A DNA stretch of 64,000 nucleotides from an uncultured virus (IMG/VR IMGVR_UViG_3300046804_004946) (taxonomy: Duplodnaviria; Heunggongvirae; Uroviricota; Caudoviricetes). A model generated the notes under the pieces. The model was given only the letters and a program-made list of their open reading frames with translations. It was not told the origin of the DNA and searched no databases. This document shows positions 5,343-19,200 of the stretch, piece after piece (the first letter of the stretch is position 1; the number at the start of each line of letters is the position of its first letter). Location of the stretch: IMG/VR virus record IMGVR_UViG_3300046804_004946, positions 1-64,000 of that record; one strand, given 5' to 3'. The translations under genes were made by a program, and so were the position numbers.

Positions 5343-7223
5343 ATGCCTTTTACTAAATTTGCAAATCTAGATTTCGATCAAATTAAAACCTCAATAAAAG
5401 ATTATCTTCGGTTAAATACTAATTTTACTGATTTTGACTTTGAAGGTTCTAATTTTTCTGTGCTAATTGACATTCTTGCATATAACACTTATATAACGGC
5501 ATTTAATGCAAACATGATAGTTAATGAATCTTTTTTAGATTCTGCAACAATTAGGGAAAATGTAGTTTCATTAGCAAGAAATGTTGGATATGTTCCTAGA
5601 TCAAAAATATGCTCAAAAGCAAAAATATCATTTAATGTAAATTTAGGGAATGTAGTTACTGCACCAACTCAAATCATACTTAAAGCAGGATTAGTTTGTG
5701 TTGGTGCATCAGAAAATACCAATTACGTATTTTCAATACCTTCTAACGTAATTGCTACAGTTAATGCAAATTCTGCAATAGCATCGTTTGAAGAAGTTGA
5801 AATATATCAAGGAAATTTAATCACTCAAAAATTTTCTAATGTTAGTGAATCAACTCGTAAATTTATTTTAGATAATCAAAATATAGATACAAGCACATTA
5901 AATGTAAAAGTTAATGGATTAAAATATAGTTTAGTTGATAACATAACAGAAATTAATCAAGATTCGGAAATATTTTTAATACAAGAAATAGAAGATAATA
6001 GATATCAAGTTTTATTTGGTGATGGTATTTTAGGTAAAAAATTAGAAGGAGGATCTACAGTAGAGATTAGTTATATTATTACTGATGGAAAAAACGGAGA
6101 CGGTCCATCATTATTTTCCTTTGCTGGAATTTTAACAAATAATTTAGATCAAATTCAAACTCCAGCACAACCTATTTCTATAACCACATTATCTCCAGCA
6201 ATTGGAGGAAATGATATTGAATCTATAGATTCAATTAAATATTTTGCTCCTCGTTTATATTCTTCTCAGTACAGAGCAGTTACCTCAGTAGACTATGAAT
6301 CTATAGTAAAATATCTTTATCCAGAAGCAGAAGCAGTAACTGTTATTGGTGGTGAGACTATGAGTCCTCCTCAATATGGAAACGTTTTTATAAGTATTAA
6401 ACCAAAAGATTCTTATAGATTATCAGATTTTACGAAGCAAGATATTATTAAAAAATTAAAAAAATATGGAGTAATAGGAATAAATCACCAAATAATGGAT
6501 CTTAAAGTTCTATATGTTGAAATTGACAGTTCAATTTACTATAATTCAAATAGAATTTTAAATCCTTCAGAAATAAAAGAAAAAATAATTATATCCTTAG
6601 AGAATTATTCAAAATCTATACAATCTAATAAATTTTCTGGTAGATTTAGATACAGTAAAGTTGTTCAATTAATTGATAGTGTTGATCCTTCCATAACATC
6701 TAATATTACTAAAGTTAAAATGAGACGTAATTTAAATTGCGTTTTAAATAATTTTGCACAATATGAATTATGTTTTGGAAATCAGTTCCATAAAGAGATA
6801 GGTAAATATAATATTAAAAGTACTGGATTTACTGTTTTAGGAGAAACTGGAATTTGTTTCTTTGTTGACGTAGCATCTTCTAATGATATTGGAGAATTAA
6901 CTATTGTTAAACCACTTGAAGATTTAAAAACATATCAAATAGTTAAAAAATCTGTAGGAACAGTTAATTATAAAACTGGAGAAATATTAATTAATACCAT
7001 CAACATTTCTTCGACAATATTGCCAAATGGTATGATTGAAGTTCAAGCATATCCAGAATCAAATGATGTAATAGGATTAAAAGATTTGTATGTTATTTTT
7101 GATGTGAATACTAGCGCAAACAACATAAATATGCTAAGAGATACTATTGTTTCTGGTGAGCAGATTTCAGGAGTTGATTTCCCAGTAACTTCAAGTTATT
7201 CCAACGGTAAAATAACGAGGTAA
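5343..7223 (+). CDS. gp6: Baseplate wedge subunit gp6
   Basis: LDFDQIK..., FTDFDFEGS, FLDSATIRENVVSLA, QYRAVT..DY. Confidence 0.95.
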   Translation: MPFTKFANLDFDQIKTSIKDYLRLNTNFTDFDFEGSNFSVLIDILAYNTYITAFNANMIVNESFLDSATIRENVVSLARNVGYVPRSKICSKAKISFNVNLGNVVTAPTQIILKAGLVCVGASENTNYVFSIPSNVIATVNANSAIASFEEVEIYQGNLITQKFSNVSESTRKFILDNQNIDTSTLNVKVNGLKYSLVDNITEINQDSEIFLIQEIEDNRYQVLFGDGILGKKLEGGSTVEISYIITDGKNGDGPSLFSFAGILTNNLDQIQTPAQPISITTLSPAIGGNDIESIDSIKYFAPRLYSSQYRAVTSVDYESIVKYLYPEAEAVTVIGGETMSPPQYGNVFISIKPKDSYRLSDFTKQDIIKKLKKYGVIGINHQIMDLKVLYVEIDSSIYYNSNRILNPSEIKEKIIISLENYSKSIQSNKFSGRFRYSKVVQLIDSVDPSITSNITKVKMRRNLNCVLNNFAQYELCFGNQFHKEIGKYNIKSTGFTVLGETGICFFVDVASSNDIGELTIVKPLEDLKTYQIVKKSVGTVNYKTGEILINTINISSTILPNGMIEVQAYPESNDVIGLKDLYVIFDVNTSANNINMLRDTIVSGEQISGVDFPVTSSYSNGKITR

Positions 7224-7224
7224 T

Positions 7225-10200
7225 ATGATATCGACAAATTTTGAGAGTAGAATAAAGGTAAACGAAATTATCAGCAATCAGATACCAGAATTTATTTTGG
7301 ATGAAAATCCAAAATTTTTAGAATTTTTAAAGCAATATTATATTTCTCAGGAATTTGAAGGTGGTCCAATAGATATTATAGAAAATTTAGATCAGTACCT
7401 AAATTTTGACTTTTTAAATGATAAAATAAGTCAAGAAAAAATAACTCTTACTTCAGACATAACATCTACGTCCGATGAAATAAATCTTTCTTCAATAAAA
7501 GGATTTCCAAAAAAATATGGATTAGTAAAAATTGAAGATGAAATAATAACATATGAAAGTATTAGTGGAAATACACTTTTAGGTTGTTCTCGTGGATTTT
7601 CTGGAATATCTTCTCTTAATGACTTGTCAAATCAAGAAGAATTAGTTTTTACCAAATCAAAATCATCTTCTCATAAATCTGGAGTAGAAGCAACCAATTT
7701 AAGCTCTTTATTTTTAAAAGAATTTTATAAAAAATTAAAATATCTTTTTGCGCCAGGGTTTGAAGATTTTGAATTTTCTCCAGAATTAGATATTAATAAT
7801 TTTATTTCCAACATAAAAAGTTTTTACCAATCAAAGGGAACTGATGAGTCAATAAAAATATTATTTAAAGTTTTATTTAATCAAACTCCAAAAATTGTAA
7901 ATCTTGAGGACTTTTTAATAAAGCCTTCTGCTGGAGATTATTTGCGTAGAAATATTGTAGTTTGTGATTTAATCACAAACAATTGCGATCCTTTTAAATT
8001 AGTTGGTCAACAAATCAAAAGTGTAGATGGGACATTTTCTGGACCAATATCTAAAATTGATATATCTACAAAAAATAATAAAACCGTTTATAAAATTCAT
8101 TTATTTTATGGATACACGGATGATAATTTGATAGAAGGTAATTTTAAAATTACACCAAAAACTAAAATAACTAACAATATTTCTATTGGATCTTCAACAA
8201 TTACTGTAGATTCTACAATAGGATTTAAAGATTCTGGGAAATTTGTTTGTGATGGGCAAGAAATTACATATGAAAATAAAAGTGTAAATCAATTTTATGG
8301 TTGTTCTGGAGTTTTAAATGAAATAAAACCCGGAAAAGATTTATACTTTAAAGATTATATAGTATATGGTTACGAAAATGGTGACGAAACAAAAAAAATA
8401 GAATTTGTAGTAATTGGTTCACTTTCTAGCATTTCTGGTATAGAAAATTCTATTTTATTATCAGAAAATGATGTTGTTGAAGTTGGAGAAATTGGATCTG
8501 ATATTCGTTATGATGTAGATACTAAAACTTTAAAGGAATATGCTTTTAGTTCTTGGATTTATAATATAAAATCTAGTTATAATATACAAAAATTTTCTGT
8601 TGGAAATCCAGTAATAACTCTTTATGAAAATACACATCCCACTAGTTTAAAAGTGGGTGATTTTGTTGATATTTTGCTTAGAGATACTGAGCAAAAAGTT
8701 CTGGATAATGTTGTTGTCACTGCTATAGAAAATAATAAAATAACTTTAGATACACCAATATTTGGAATATTACCACAACAAAAAATAGATATTAGAAGAA
8801 ATTATGAATTTTCATCTAGTGAATATATACCAATAAAATATCCTCAAGTTATTTCAAATGTGCAAAATACATACATTTCAAAACAAAATGAAATGTATGT
8901 TGCATCAAATTCTTTACCATCAAGACAAATAACATTAGATATTAAACAATCGGTAAAAACAATTAATTCATTAAAAGACAGTGATGAGTTTTTTGATGGT
9001 CTTTTAGGTGGAAAATATACAATATTATCTTTTGATAATGAAGTTCCATTTTTAACTGGAGATATTGTAAAATACTTTTATACAACTAATTCACCAATAA
9101 GTGGTTTATTAAATTATTCAGAATTTATAGTTGAAGTTTTGCCTCAGAAAAATAAAATACGATTGTATTCCGCAGCATCATTTTTACCGGTAAAAGATTT
9201 TTTACGTTTTGATAAAAACACTTCTTTTGGAACACATAGATTTGTTCTTGTTCAACATTCTTCTCAAATTTTATTACCATCAAATTCACTTAAAAAGTTT
9301 TCAATAAACAAAAATTTTAATTTATTGGAAAAAAATATTGAAACTTTGCCTGGAGTTGTTGGTACTTTAATTAATGGAGTTGATATTATAAATTATAAAT
9401 CTACTGATAAAGTTTTTTATGGTCCAATAGAAAAAGTTGATGTTTCAAATCAAGGATTTAATTATGATGTTATTAGTCCTCCAAAAGCAGAACTAACAAG
9501 TCCAAATACTGGTATTGGAACAACTGCATTATTAAATTTAATAGTTTCAGGAAACTTTAAAGATGTTTTTGTAGATCCTCAACAATTTGGAATTGAACGA
9601 GTTATTTCAATTTCCGCAAAAGGGGGAAATGGAAAAGGTGCAGTTTTTGATCCAATTATAAAAAAACAGTATAGAGAAATAATTTTTAGTGCCCAAACAA
9701 CAGATTTTGGTGGAGCAATAAATCCATCAAATGATACTTTTTCTTTTAATAGTCCCCATGCTTTATTAGACGGACAAAAAATAGTATACAATACTAATGG
9801 AAATTTAGGTATTGGTATAGGGTCTTTTGGAGGATCAAACTTAGATAGTGGAAAATATTTAATAAATGGTGGAATTTATTATCCAAAAGTTATAAATTCA
9901 AACAGTATTCAAATTTATACAAGTTTAGATGATTTAACTAGCGGTATTAATACTGTTGGTTTAACAACAATGAATACTTATGGAATTCATAAGTTTAGAT
10001 TATATGATCCTATTAAAGTTTTATCTTATGTAAGAATTGTAAATCCTGGAGAAGGATATACAAATAAAGTTTTAAAAATTAAACCAGTTGGAATAATAAC
10101 TCAAACTGATACTATAACATTTAAAAATCACACTTTTAATGATGGAGATTTAATTAATTATTCATTTGAGGGACAACAAATTAATGGATTAGATGTTAGT

Positions 10201-13200
10201 AAAAAATATTATGTTTTAAAAGTTGATTCCGATAATTTTAAATTATCAGACGGTGGTTTAAAGGAACAAAATGAAAATGAAAATGATAAATTAAATTATA
10301 TAAAAAGAAAATCTGTTAATATTAATTCAACCGGAGATGGATATCAAATTTTTTCATATCCTCCTATAGAATTAAGTTTAACTGCTGAATATATTGGAAT
10401 TACTTCTGAAGTAAAATTAACTCCTATTGTTAGGGGAAATGTTGTTGGTGCATATTTGTATGAACCTGGGAGTGATTATGGTTCAACAGCATTAAATTTA
10501 AATATAAATCCAATTGTATCTATTAAAAAAGGATTTGGAGCTCAATTAAAACCATTAATAATTAATGGAAAAATTGTATCAGTTCAAGTTCAAAATAAAG
10601 GAACGGATTATGACAAAAATGTAGATTTAGAAATTATTGGATCTGGATTGGGATGCAAATTAAGAGCAGAAGTAAATAATGGTTTAATAGAATCTATAAT
10701 TGTTTTAAATGAAGGTGCGGGATATGACAATAATACTAATATTATTGTTTCAACTCCAGGACAAGGTGCAGTTCTTGTTCCATCTATAAGATCATTAACT
10801 GTTAATGATTATTACAGATATCCTGGAGAGTTTTATTTAGAAAATAAAGAAAAAACAGGATTAACTTATGCAATTAATGGATATTATTCAAATAGAGAGG
10901 GTTTGGAATTCAAAGATCCTGATGAAAATACATTACATTCTAAAATAATAGGATGGTCCAGAGACGGAATTCCAATATATGGTCCATATGGATATGAAGA
11001 TCCTTCAAACTTTTCATCACAAATTGTTCGTTTAAAAAGTGGATATACTTTAAATCCAGAAAAAGTTTATAATAGACCTCCACTCCAAGATTTACCATCT
11101 GGATTTTTTGTGGAAGATTATTCATTTACAAATTCTGGAAATCTTGATATTCATAATGGTAGATTTTCAAAAACACCAGAATTTCCGAATGGTGTATATG
11201 CATATTATTCTAGCACTAAGTTAGATGTTAGTACTGCTGCAAAAACTGAAATAGTTCCAGAATTTCCATATTTTATAGGAAATTCTTATAGATCAGATCC
11301 AGAGAGTAACTTTATTTTAGATCAAAATGCAGATTTAGATGATGAAAATTTACTAAGAAATACATTTCCGTATAGAGTAAATAGAGAATTTTCTAGTAAT
11401 TATTTTTTACCTAAAAACTTTGGATTAAAGCAAAGGTCAGAAATTAAATCTGTTGAAACTGGATCTGTAGATGGTTTAATAATACAAGTTCCCGGAGAGG
11501 GATATAGTAATGGAGATAAACTTATTTTTGAAAATCAAGGAACAAGCGGGGTAGGGGCTCTAGCTGTAATAGAAAAAGTATTTAATAGATCTGAAATTGA
11601 ATCTGTAAATACAACGTATAATTTATATGAAAATGTAGAATTTACTTGGGAAAATTCTAACACTGTTATTGCTAAAATTTTACCATCACACAATCTTTTA
11701 GATCAAGAAAGTATTCAAATTACTGGTTTAAGTACTTCTTCTGTCAAAAATCTTGCAGGAAATCATAAAATTGAAGTAACTAAGCAAAGTGCTGTTTTAT
11801 TAAGAGAATTAAATTCAGCACCAAATGTCGGTGTGGTGACAGATATTTATTTAGATAGAAGATTATCAAACGTAAGTGTTGGTAGTAGTGTTTTAATTAA
11901 TAGTGAAAAATTTATGATTTTAAATATTTTTGAAAATAATATTTTAAGATGTATGAGATCTCAAACTGGAATATCTCATAGTATATCATCTTTAGTTGAA
12001 GAAATTCCTTGCATATTTAAAATAAATTTAGATTCAAAATATTTTAAATCTAAAAATAAATCTATAGTTTATTTTAATCCGAATGATTCTGTGGGTGTTG
12101 GTACTTTAGAGGGTAAAGAAACATTGATAACACAATATTATGGAGATTTTTCTAAGAAAGTTTCTATTCCAACTAGAAGTATTTACATTCCAAATCATCC
12201 ATTTAATACAAATGATCTTATAAAATTATCATCAAGTCAATCAGTAGGAAGTGCTTCTATTTTAGTTTCTAATACGTCATCTGGATTTGAATTTGGATTA
12301 CCACCAGAAATTAATGAAGATTCTTATCTTTATGTAATTAATAAATCAAAAGATTTTATTGGAATAGTAACACAAATTGGTCTTACAACAACAACATCAG
12401 GTTTATATTTTGCATCAAATGGATCTAATAAATATGATTACAAAATTGAATCTGTATTAAATTCTGATGAAATTTTAACTGGTACAGTATCTAAAATAAA
12501 AGCAACGATTAATACTTATACTAATCATAATATACAAAATGGAGAATTTATTGATCTTAAAATAAATCCAAATTTAAGTGGAATAAGTACATTAAAATAT
12601 AATCCAGATTTTAATGTTTTATTAGTTAATCCAGAAGTTTTTGGATCTTCTTCTGTTGATATAAGTAAAAACACAATTACAATACCTTCGCATAGATTTG
12701 AAACTGGTCAAAAAGTTTTTTACAATACTTCAAGTTACAATAGTGGTGGAATTTCAACTGGAATTTATTATATTAATAAAGTAGATAGCAATAAAATAAA
12801 ACTATGCGAAACTAATTTAGATGCTATTTCTTTTCCAGTAAATGAAATTAATATTCAAAATTCTGGGGGATCTTCTCAAGAAATAAGCAAAGTTAATCCA
12901 CAAATATTATCAATTAGAAATAATGATGTGATATTTGATCTTTCAGACTCATCTTTAAATGGATATGAATTTGATCTTTTTTATGATAAAAATTTCAATA
13001 AAAATTTTGTTTCAACTGCATCAACATCTCAATTTAATGTATCTAGAAGTGGAACTATTGGAGTAAATGGAGAACTTATAGTTAACTATGATGATAAAAT
13101 TCCATCATTTTATTATTCTTTGATTAAAGATCATAAACCTATTTTTTCAAATGAAAAAGAATCTGAATATCAAGTAATTTTTGTTGATAGTTTTTATAAT

Positions 13201-16200
13201 CAACAAAATTCTGTAGTTTATCAATCTTCAAATACAAGTTTTTCAATTTCTTTAAAAAAAATACCAGAATCTTTGGAATATACAAACCAAAATTCTAAGA
13301 TTGAGTATACAACTTCTTCAAAAAATACAACTGGTCCAATTGCATCGGTAAAATTATTAAGTGGAGGATCTGGATATAAAAAAATACCAAGAATAGTAGG
13401 AGTAGATACTTCTTTTTCTGGAAGAATTCCAGGAAAAAATGCCTACATTAATGCAACTACGAAAAGTATTGGAAAATATAAATCTATAGAAATTTCTAAT
13501 GATGGGTTTGATTACCCTTCTGACAAAACTTTACGCCCATCAGCAAATTTAAATAATTTACTAATACTAAGTGACAATGAAGAAATTTCAGAAATTAATG
13601 TTGTTTCTGGAGGTAAAAACTTTTTATCTAAACCAAATTTAGTTTTAGTTGATACTTTAACAAGACAACCTGTAAATTCTGGAATACTAGAATTATCTTT
13701 AAATGGAAGTTCTATAGGTTCTGTCAAAATAATATCTAGACCAAAAGGACTAAGATCTGCTGTTCATAGATTATATACTGTAAATAACAGCAATGGTGTT
13801 ACAATTATTGGTGTTACAACTTGTATTGATGGTATAGTACATGCTTTAGTAAGAACACCTCCAATTTATGGATTTGTAACACCACCATTTAATGTTGGGG
13901 ATTATGTTTTTGTAGAAAATGTTCAAAAAGGAGCAGTAGAAGACGAATTTGGTAATATTTCATTTCCCGGAGATGGTTATAATTCATCAGATCACGGATA
14001 CAACTTTTTTAAAGTAACTGATTTTATAAATGACCCAGGAAATGCCGTTTTAAAATATGACATATCTCCATATACTTTAAATCCTGGAGTTTCAGTTTTA
14101 AGTCAATCTACATATAGTTCTGCAATTAATGAAAAATCTTATCCAATTTTTGATATAGTTCAAATAAAAAGTAAATTTTCTGATGGAGAATCTTTATATA
14201 TTAATAATATTCCATCAAATATTGAAATAAGAAACGCATCCAGTGATTCACTCAATGTTTCAAAGACATCTCAAGAAATTAAAATATTTGATAAAGTAAA
14301 GGGAACTTTTTCAAATTCTCAAGCAACTGTAACTGATATATTTACATATGATGCTAGATTTAATTATTCATCTTCAAGTAAATCTAAATCTGGATGGATT
14401 ACTGATGTTGGAAAATTAAATTTAGATACACAAGCATTACCAGATAATGATTATTATCAAAATTTATCTTATTCTATTAAAAGTGATGTAGAATATGATA
14501 GATATTCTGAAGCTTTAAATAAATTAGTTCATCCTGTAGGAACTAAAAGTTTTGGAGAAATTGGATTTAGTTCTGGAGGAAAAACTTCAATAGCAGGAAC
14601 TTCATCTCTTTCAACAGTTTTAAATTTAGATAATCAAAAACGAGTAGATATTATTAAAAACTATGATATTGCTTTTGATTATGAAGCAACACAATATTTT
14701 TCCTCAAATGTCAGATTACTTAATAAAAAACTTTCAAACTACATTGAATGCAAATCTAATAGAGTTTTGCAGATAGATGATATAAGTAATAGTTTTTCAA
14801 GCTCTGAATTTAACAAAGATGAATTTTTAGATTCTGTTACTTATGATATAACTGATTTTTATTCCAAATTTTTAGTTCAAGTCTCAAATATTAAAAATTT
14901 AGAATCCGATAAGGTATCATATCAAGTTTCTGATTTAGTTGTTCTTAATGATTTTAAAAATACTTATACTTTAAATAAATCTAATATATTTACAAATTTT
15001 GATCTTGGGTATTTTGAAGGTAAACTTAATAACGTTGGAGATCCTGCATTAGTATTTAATCCAACAGATCCTTATGAAACTAGTTATAATATAAAAATTT
15101 ATAGGGAGTATTTTTCACAACCAAATATAACTGGATTTGGAATTACAAACTATGGATTTCTTAGATTGTTTAGTGAATCTAGAGAAGTAAAAGGAGAAGT
15201 AGGATTTAGTACATCAGTTTTTAGAGCTTTATCTGCAGATTACCATACTATACAATCATCTTCATTAATAATTAATACTAAAGATTATTCATTAAATTAT
15301 TATGAAGTAGTTGGAACTTATGACGGAACGAATACTCATTTAGCAGAATATTATTTTGATTCTTCACAATATTTTGGAGGATATTCATCTGGTTATATTG
15401 GAACTTTTGGATTAACAGTTAATTCTGGAGTGATTAGTTTATCATTTTTCAACAATACTAGCGATAAATTAATTATTAAAAATAAAACTGTTGCTATTGG
15501 GAAACCAGAATTGGGAGAAGGAATTCATAGATTTTTAGTGGAGGATCAAATTCCTGGATCAGAAAGAACTTCAAGAATTGAAAGTAATTATAATCTTACT
15601 ACTGGTATTTCTACTATTACATCATTTGATAGTGCAACAGAATCATTATTAAAATCTTTAATAAGAGTTTCTATTGGTTCAACTATAGCAATTTATCAAG
15701 TTATTGTAATTTCAGATCAAACTTACACTAAACTGCAAAGTGATCCTTTTATAACAGTTGGCGAATCTAGCGGTATTGGAACATTTTCAACAAATAACGA
15801 TGGTTCTTTGGTTAATCTTGTATTTCATCCACATAATAAATTTTTAGAGTCCGCGATAACTATTCAATCAGTTGATCAATATATTTACGCAGAATATGAT
15901 GAATTTAATATTCCAGAGATACTTTCATATGGTGCTTCTAGAGAAAGAATCTATGTTAATAAATATGGTTCTATTAATAATTACGGAAAAGATAGATTAG
16001 ATTTTGATTTAAATTGGAATAGAACACCAATATTTGAAAAAGTATTTAATCCTAAAAATACAAAGCAATTAAATTTAGAGACAGGTGTCATTACAATAAA
16101 AAATCATTTTTTTGAAGATAATGAAGAATTAATATATACACCATCTTCGACTTTAGTTGGTGTTTCTGCAACTGCTATAGGAATAGGATCCACTTTAGTT

Positions 16201-19200
16201 GGAGGAACTATTTTTACTGGAGATACTATAGTTGGATTCAAAACTATAACAGGAATTGCTTCAACTGATGGAATTATTACGACTGCAAATAATATTATTC
16301 AAGGTTTAGATATACCTAACAATACAAGTGTTATTAGTATAGGAATAACATACAGTTATTTTGTGGGAAATGTTTCTTCTGGATCTTCAGTTATTACTGG
16401 AGTTGCAAATACATCCATATTAAAAGTTGGTTCTGGAATATATTCTGACGACAATACTCAATATGGGACAATAATTTCTATTGGAATAAATTCAATAACT
16501 TCGTCATTAGCAAGTCTACCATCAGGATCAGAAAAAGTTTATTATTCTTCAAATTTAAATTATTCTGCTACATTATCAAATGTTTCAACAGGAACTTCTT
16601 TTAGAAATAATTTTCAAGTTGGTATTATAACAACTATTTGCCCCTCAACAGTATATGCCAAAAAAATAGATGAAAATAATTTTTCAATAACTGGTGTTAA
16701 AAACGGTATAGGATTTACATTTACTAATTTCGGGGGTGGAAATTATCATAAATTTGAAATGAAGAAAAAATTAGAAAAAACAGTACTAACTGTTAATGGT
16801 GTTTTACAAACACCATTAAGTTATACTCCGTTGTCAAAAACTTTATCCAATAACCTTGGTGGATTAGTTAGTGCTGGAACTTCATTTATTTCATTATCTG
16901 GTATATCTTCTATTCAACCTGTTGATATACTTAAAGTTGATGATGAATATATGACTGTTATTAATGTTGGATTTGGAACTACAGTGGTTGGACCAATAAG
17001 TGGATTAGGAACATTTGCATTATGTAACGTCAATAGAGGATCTTTAGGAAGTATATCTACTACTCATACTGATAATACTGATATTAGAATATATAAAGGA
17101 TCTTATAATATTGTTGGAAATAAAATATGGTTCTCTGAAGCACCAGATGGTAAAGGAAATAATGCTTTATTTGGTGATAACTATTTACCATTACCAAAAT
17201 CAACATTTAATGGTAGAGTATATTTAAGAAAAGATTATACAACAAATAGAATTTATGATGATATATCTTTAAATTTTACTGGAGTTGGAAGAACATTTAG
17301 TTTATACTCTGGCGGTAAAGTAGTATCAGATGCTGTTCCCGGAAATAATATTTTAATTTTAAATGATATATATCAAACTCCAGATACTACAAATAACACA
17401 AATAATAATTATGAAATATTAACTTCTGGTGGTATTTCTAGTGTAAGGTTTAAAGGAATAACTTTACCAAATACATCAGAGTCATTTACTGTGGATTATG
17501 ATATAAATCAAAATGATTTACCAAAAGGAGGTGTATTAGTATCTTTAGCTTTCACTGGTGGACATGGATATGCTCCATTAATAGGAGTTCCATCTGATGT
17601 CTTAGATGTTAAAGTCGGTGCTGGAGGATCAATTAAATCTATTGGATTTACAACTTCAATAATAGTTGGTTTAGCAGTAACTGGTAATATTGGAGTAACA
17701 ACAAACATTGTAACTGGAATTAATACTGATAGTATTAAAGTCAATCAAAAAGTTATGAATATTTTAAATAAGTATGTTGATGAAATAAAATTTGTCCCTC
17801 AATATGTAAATTTAAAAGTACCAAACATAACTAATATTTTACAATTTGATACTTTAGTGTCATCAGTTGGTATCAATTCGATAACATTATCAAAACTAAC
17901 AACTAATACATCTTCTTTAACAACTTCATTTGGATTTGATTTTGGAGATGAATTTAGAGGATCTGGATATTATAGTTCAGTATCAGTATCTATTGCAGAT
18001 ACTTCTCATGTTGGATTATCAGCAACAATAACTGCTAATGTTGGTTCTGGGGGATCAATAACTAGTTTTACAATTATTAATGGTGGAACTGGATATTCTA
18101 ATCCAATCCCAGTTATTTCGGATCCATCTTATCAAAATCTTTCTATTAAAGGTTTGTTTAGACCATCTATTGGAAGCACAACAAAAACTGGAATAGGTCT
18201 TTCAATAACTGTAGTTGCTTCTCCATCAGAAAGAGTTGGAATTGGTTCTTCATATTCTTATATTAGTGATTTTATAATCACAAAACCAGGGTATTCTTTT
18301 GAACTTGGAGATGTATTTGAATTAAATGGATTAACAACTGCTGCTGGAATTAGCAAACCATTAGAACCATTAACATTTACTGTTACTGAAGTTAAAGCAG
18401 ATACTTTTGGTGCTTGGCAAGTTGGAGAATTTGATTTTGTGGATACAACAAAACCTTTACAAAATGGAGTTAGAACAAGATTTCCCCTTATAAAAAATAA
18501 CAAACTATTAAGTTTTGAACGTAGTAAAACAGATCCTGCAGCAGCAATAATTGATTTTTCAACAATATTATTAATTTTTATCAATGGTGTTTTACAGGAA
18601 CCTGGAGTTTCTTATGAATATAATGGAGGGACAACATTTAAGTTTTTTGAAGCTCCAAAATATGAAGACAATGTATCAATATTTTTCTATAGAGGAACTG
18701 CTGGAATTGATAGTGTTGAAATAAATGTATATCCAACTATTAAACCAGGAGATTCTATACAAATTAATAAAAATGAAGGTTTACCATTTACTATTGGTCA
18801 AGACCCAAGAGTAATTTCTTTTATAACTTCTTCAGATTCTTTTGAAACTGGAATTTATTTAGGAGAAGGCGTTGACGAATTAAATCCAAAGCCAATGGAT
18901 TTAATTCCACAAAAAACAGATCTTGTTACAAATTTAATTACTCAATATAAAGACAGAGATAGTTTAGAGAGTCAAATTTTTCCAACTGCAAAAATAATAA
19001 AATCAGTTTCAAATTCTGATACTGAAATATTTGTTGATAACGCTCAATTTTTTAAATATGAAGAAAATCAATTTGATCTTAGTATTCCAAACTTTAATGG
19101 ATTAATAGTTCAAAACGGATCTCCAATTTCTGCAGCATTAACTGCAACGGTCTCTTTATCTTCTACTATTTCTAAAATTACAGTAAATAGTGGTGGAAGT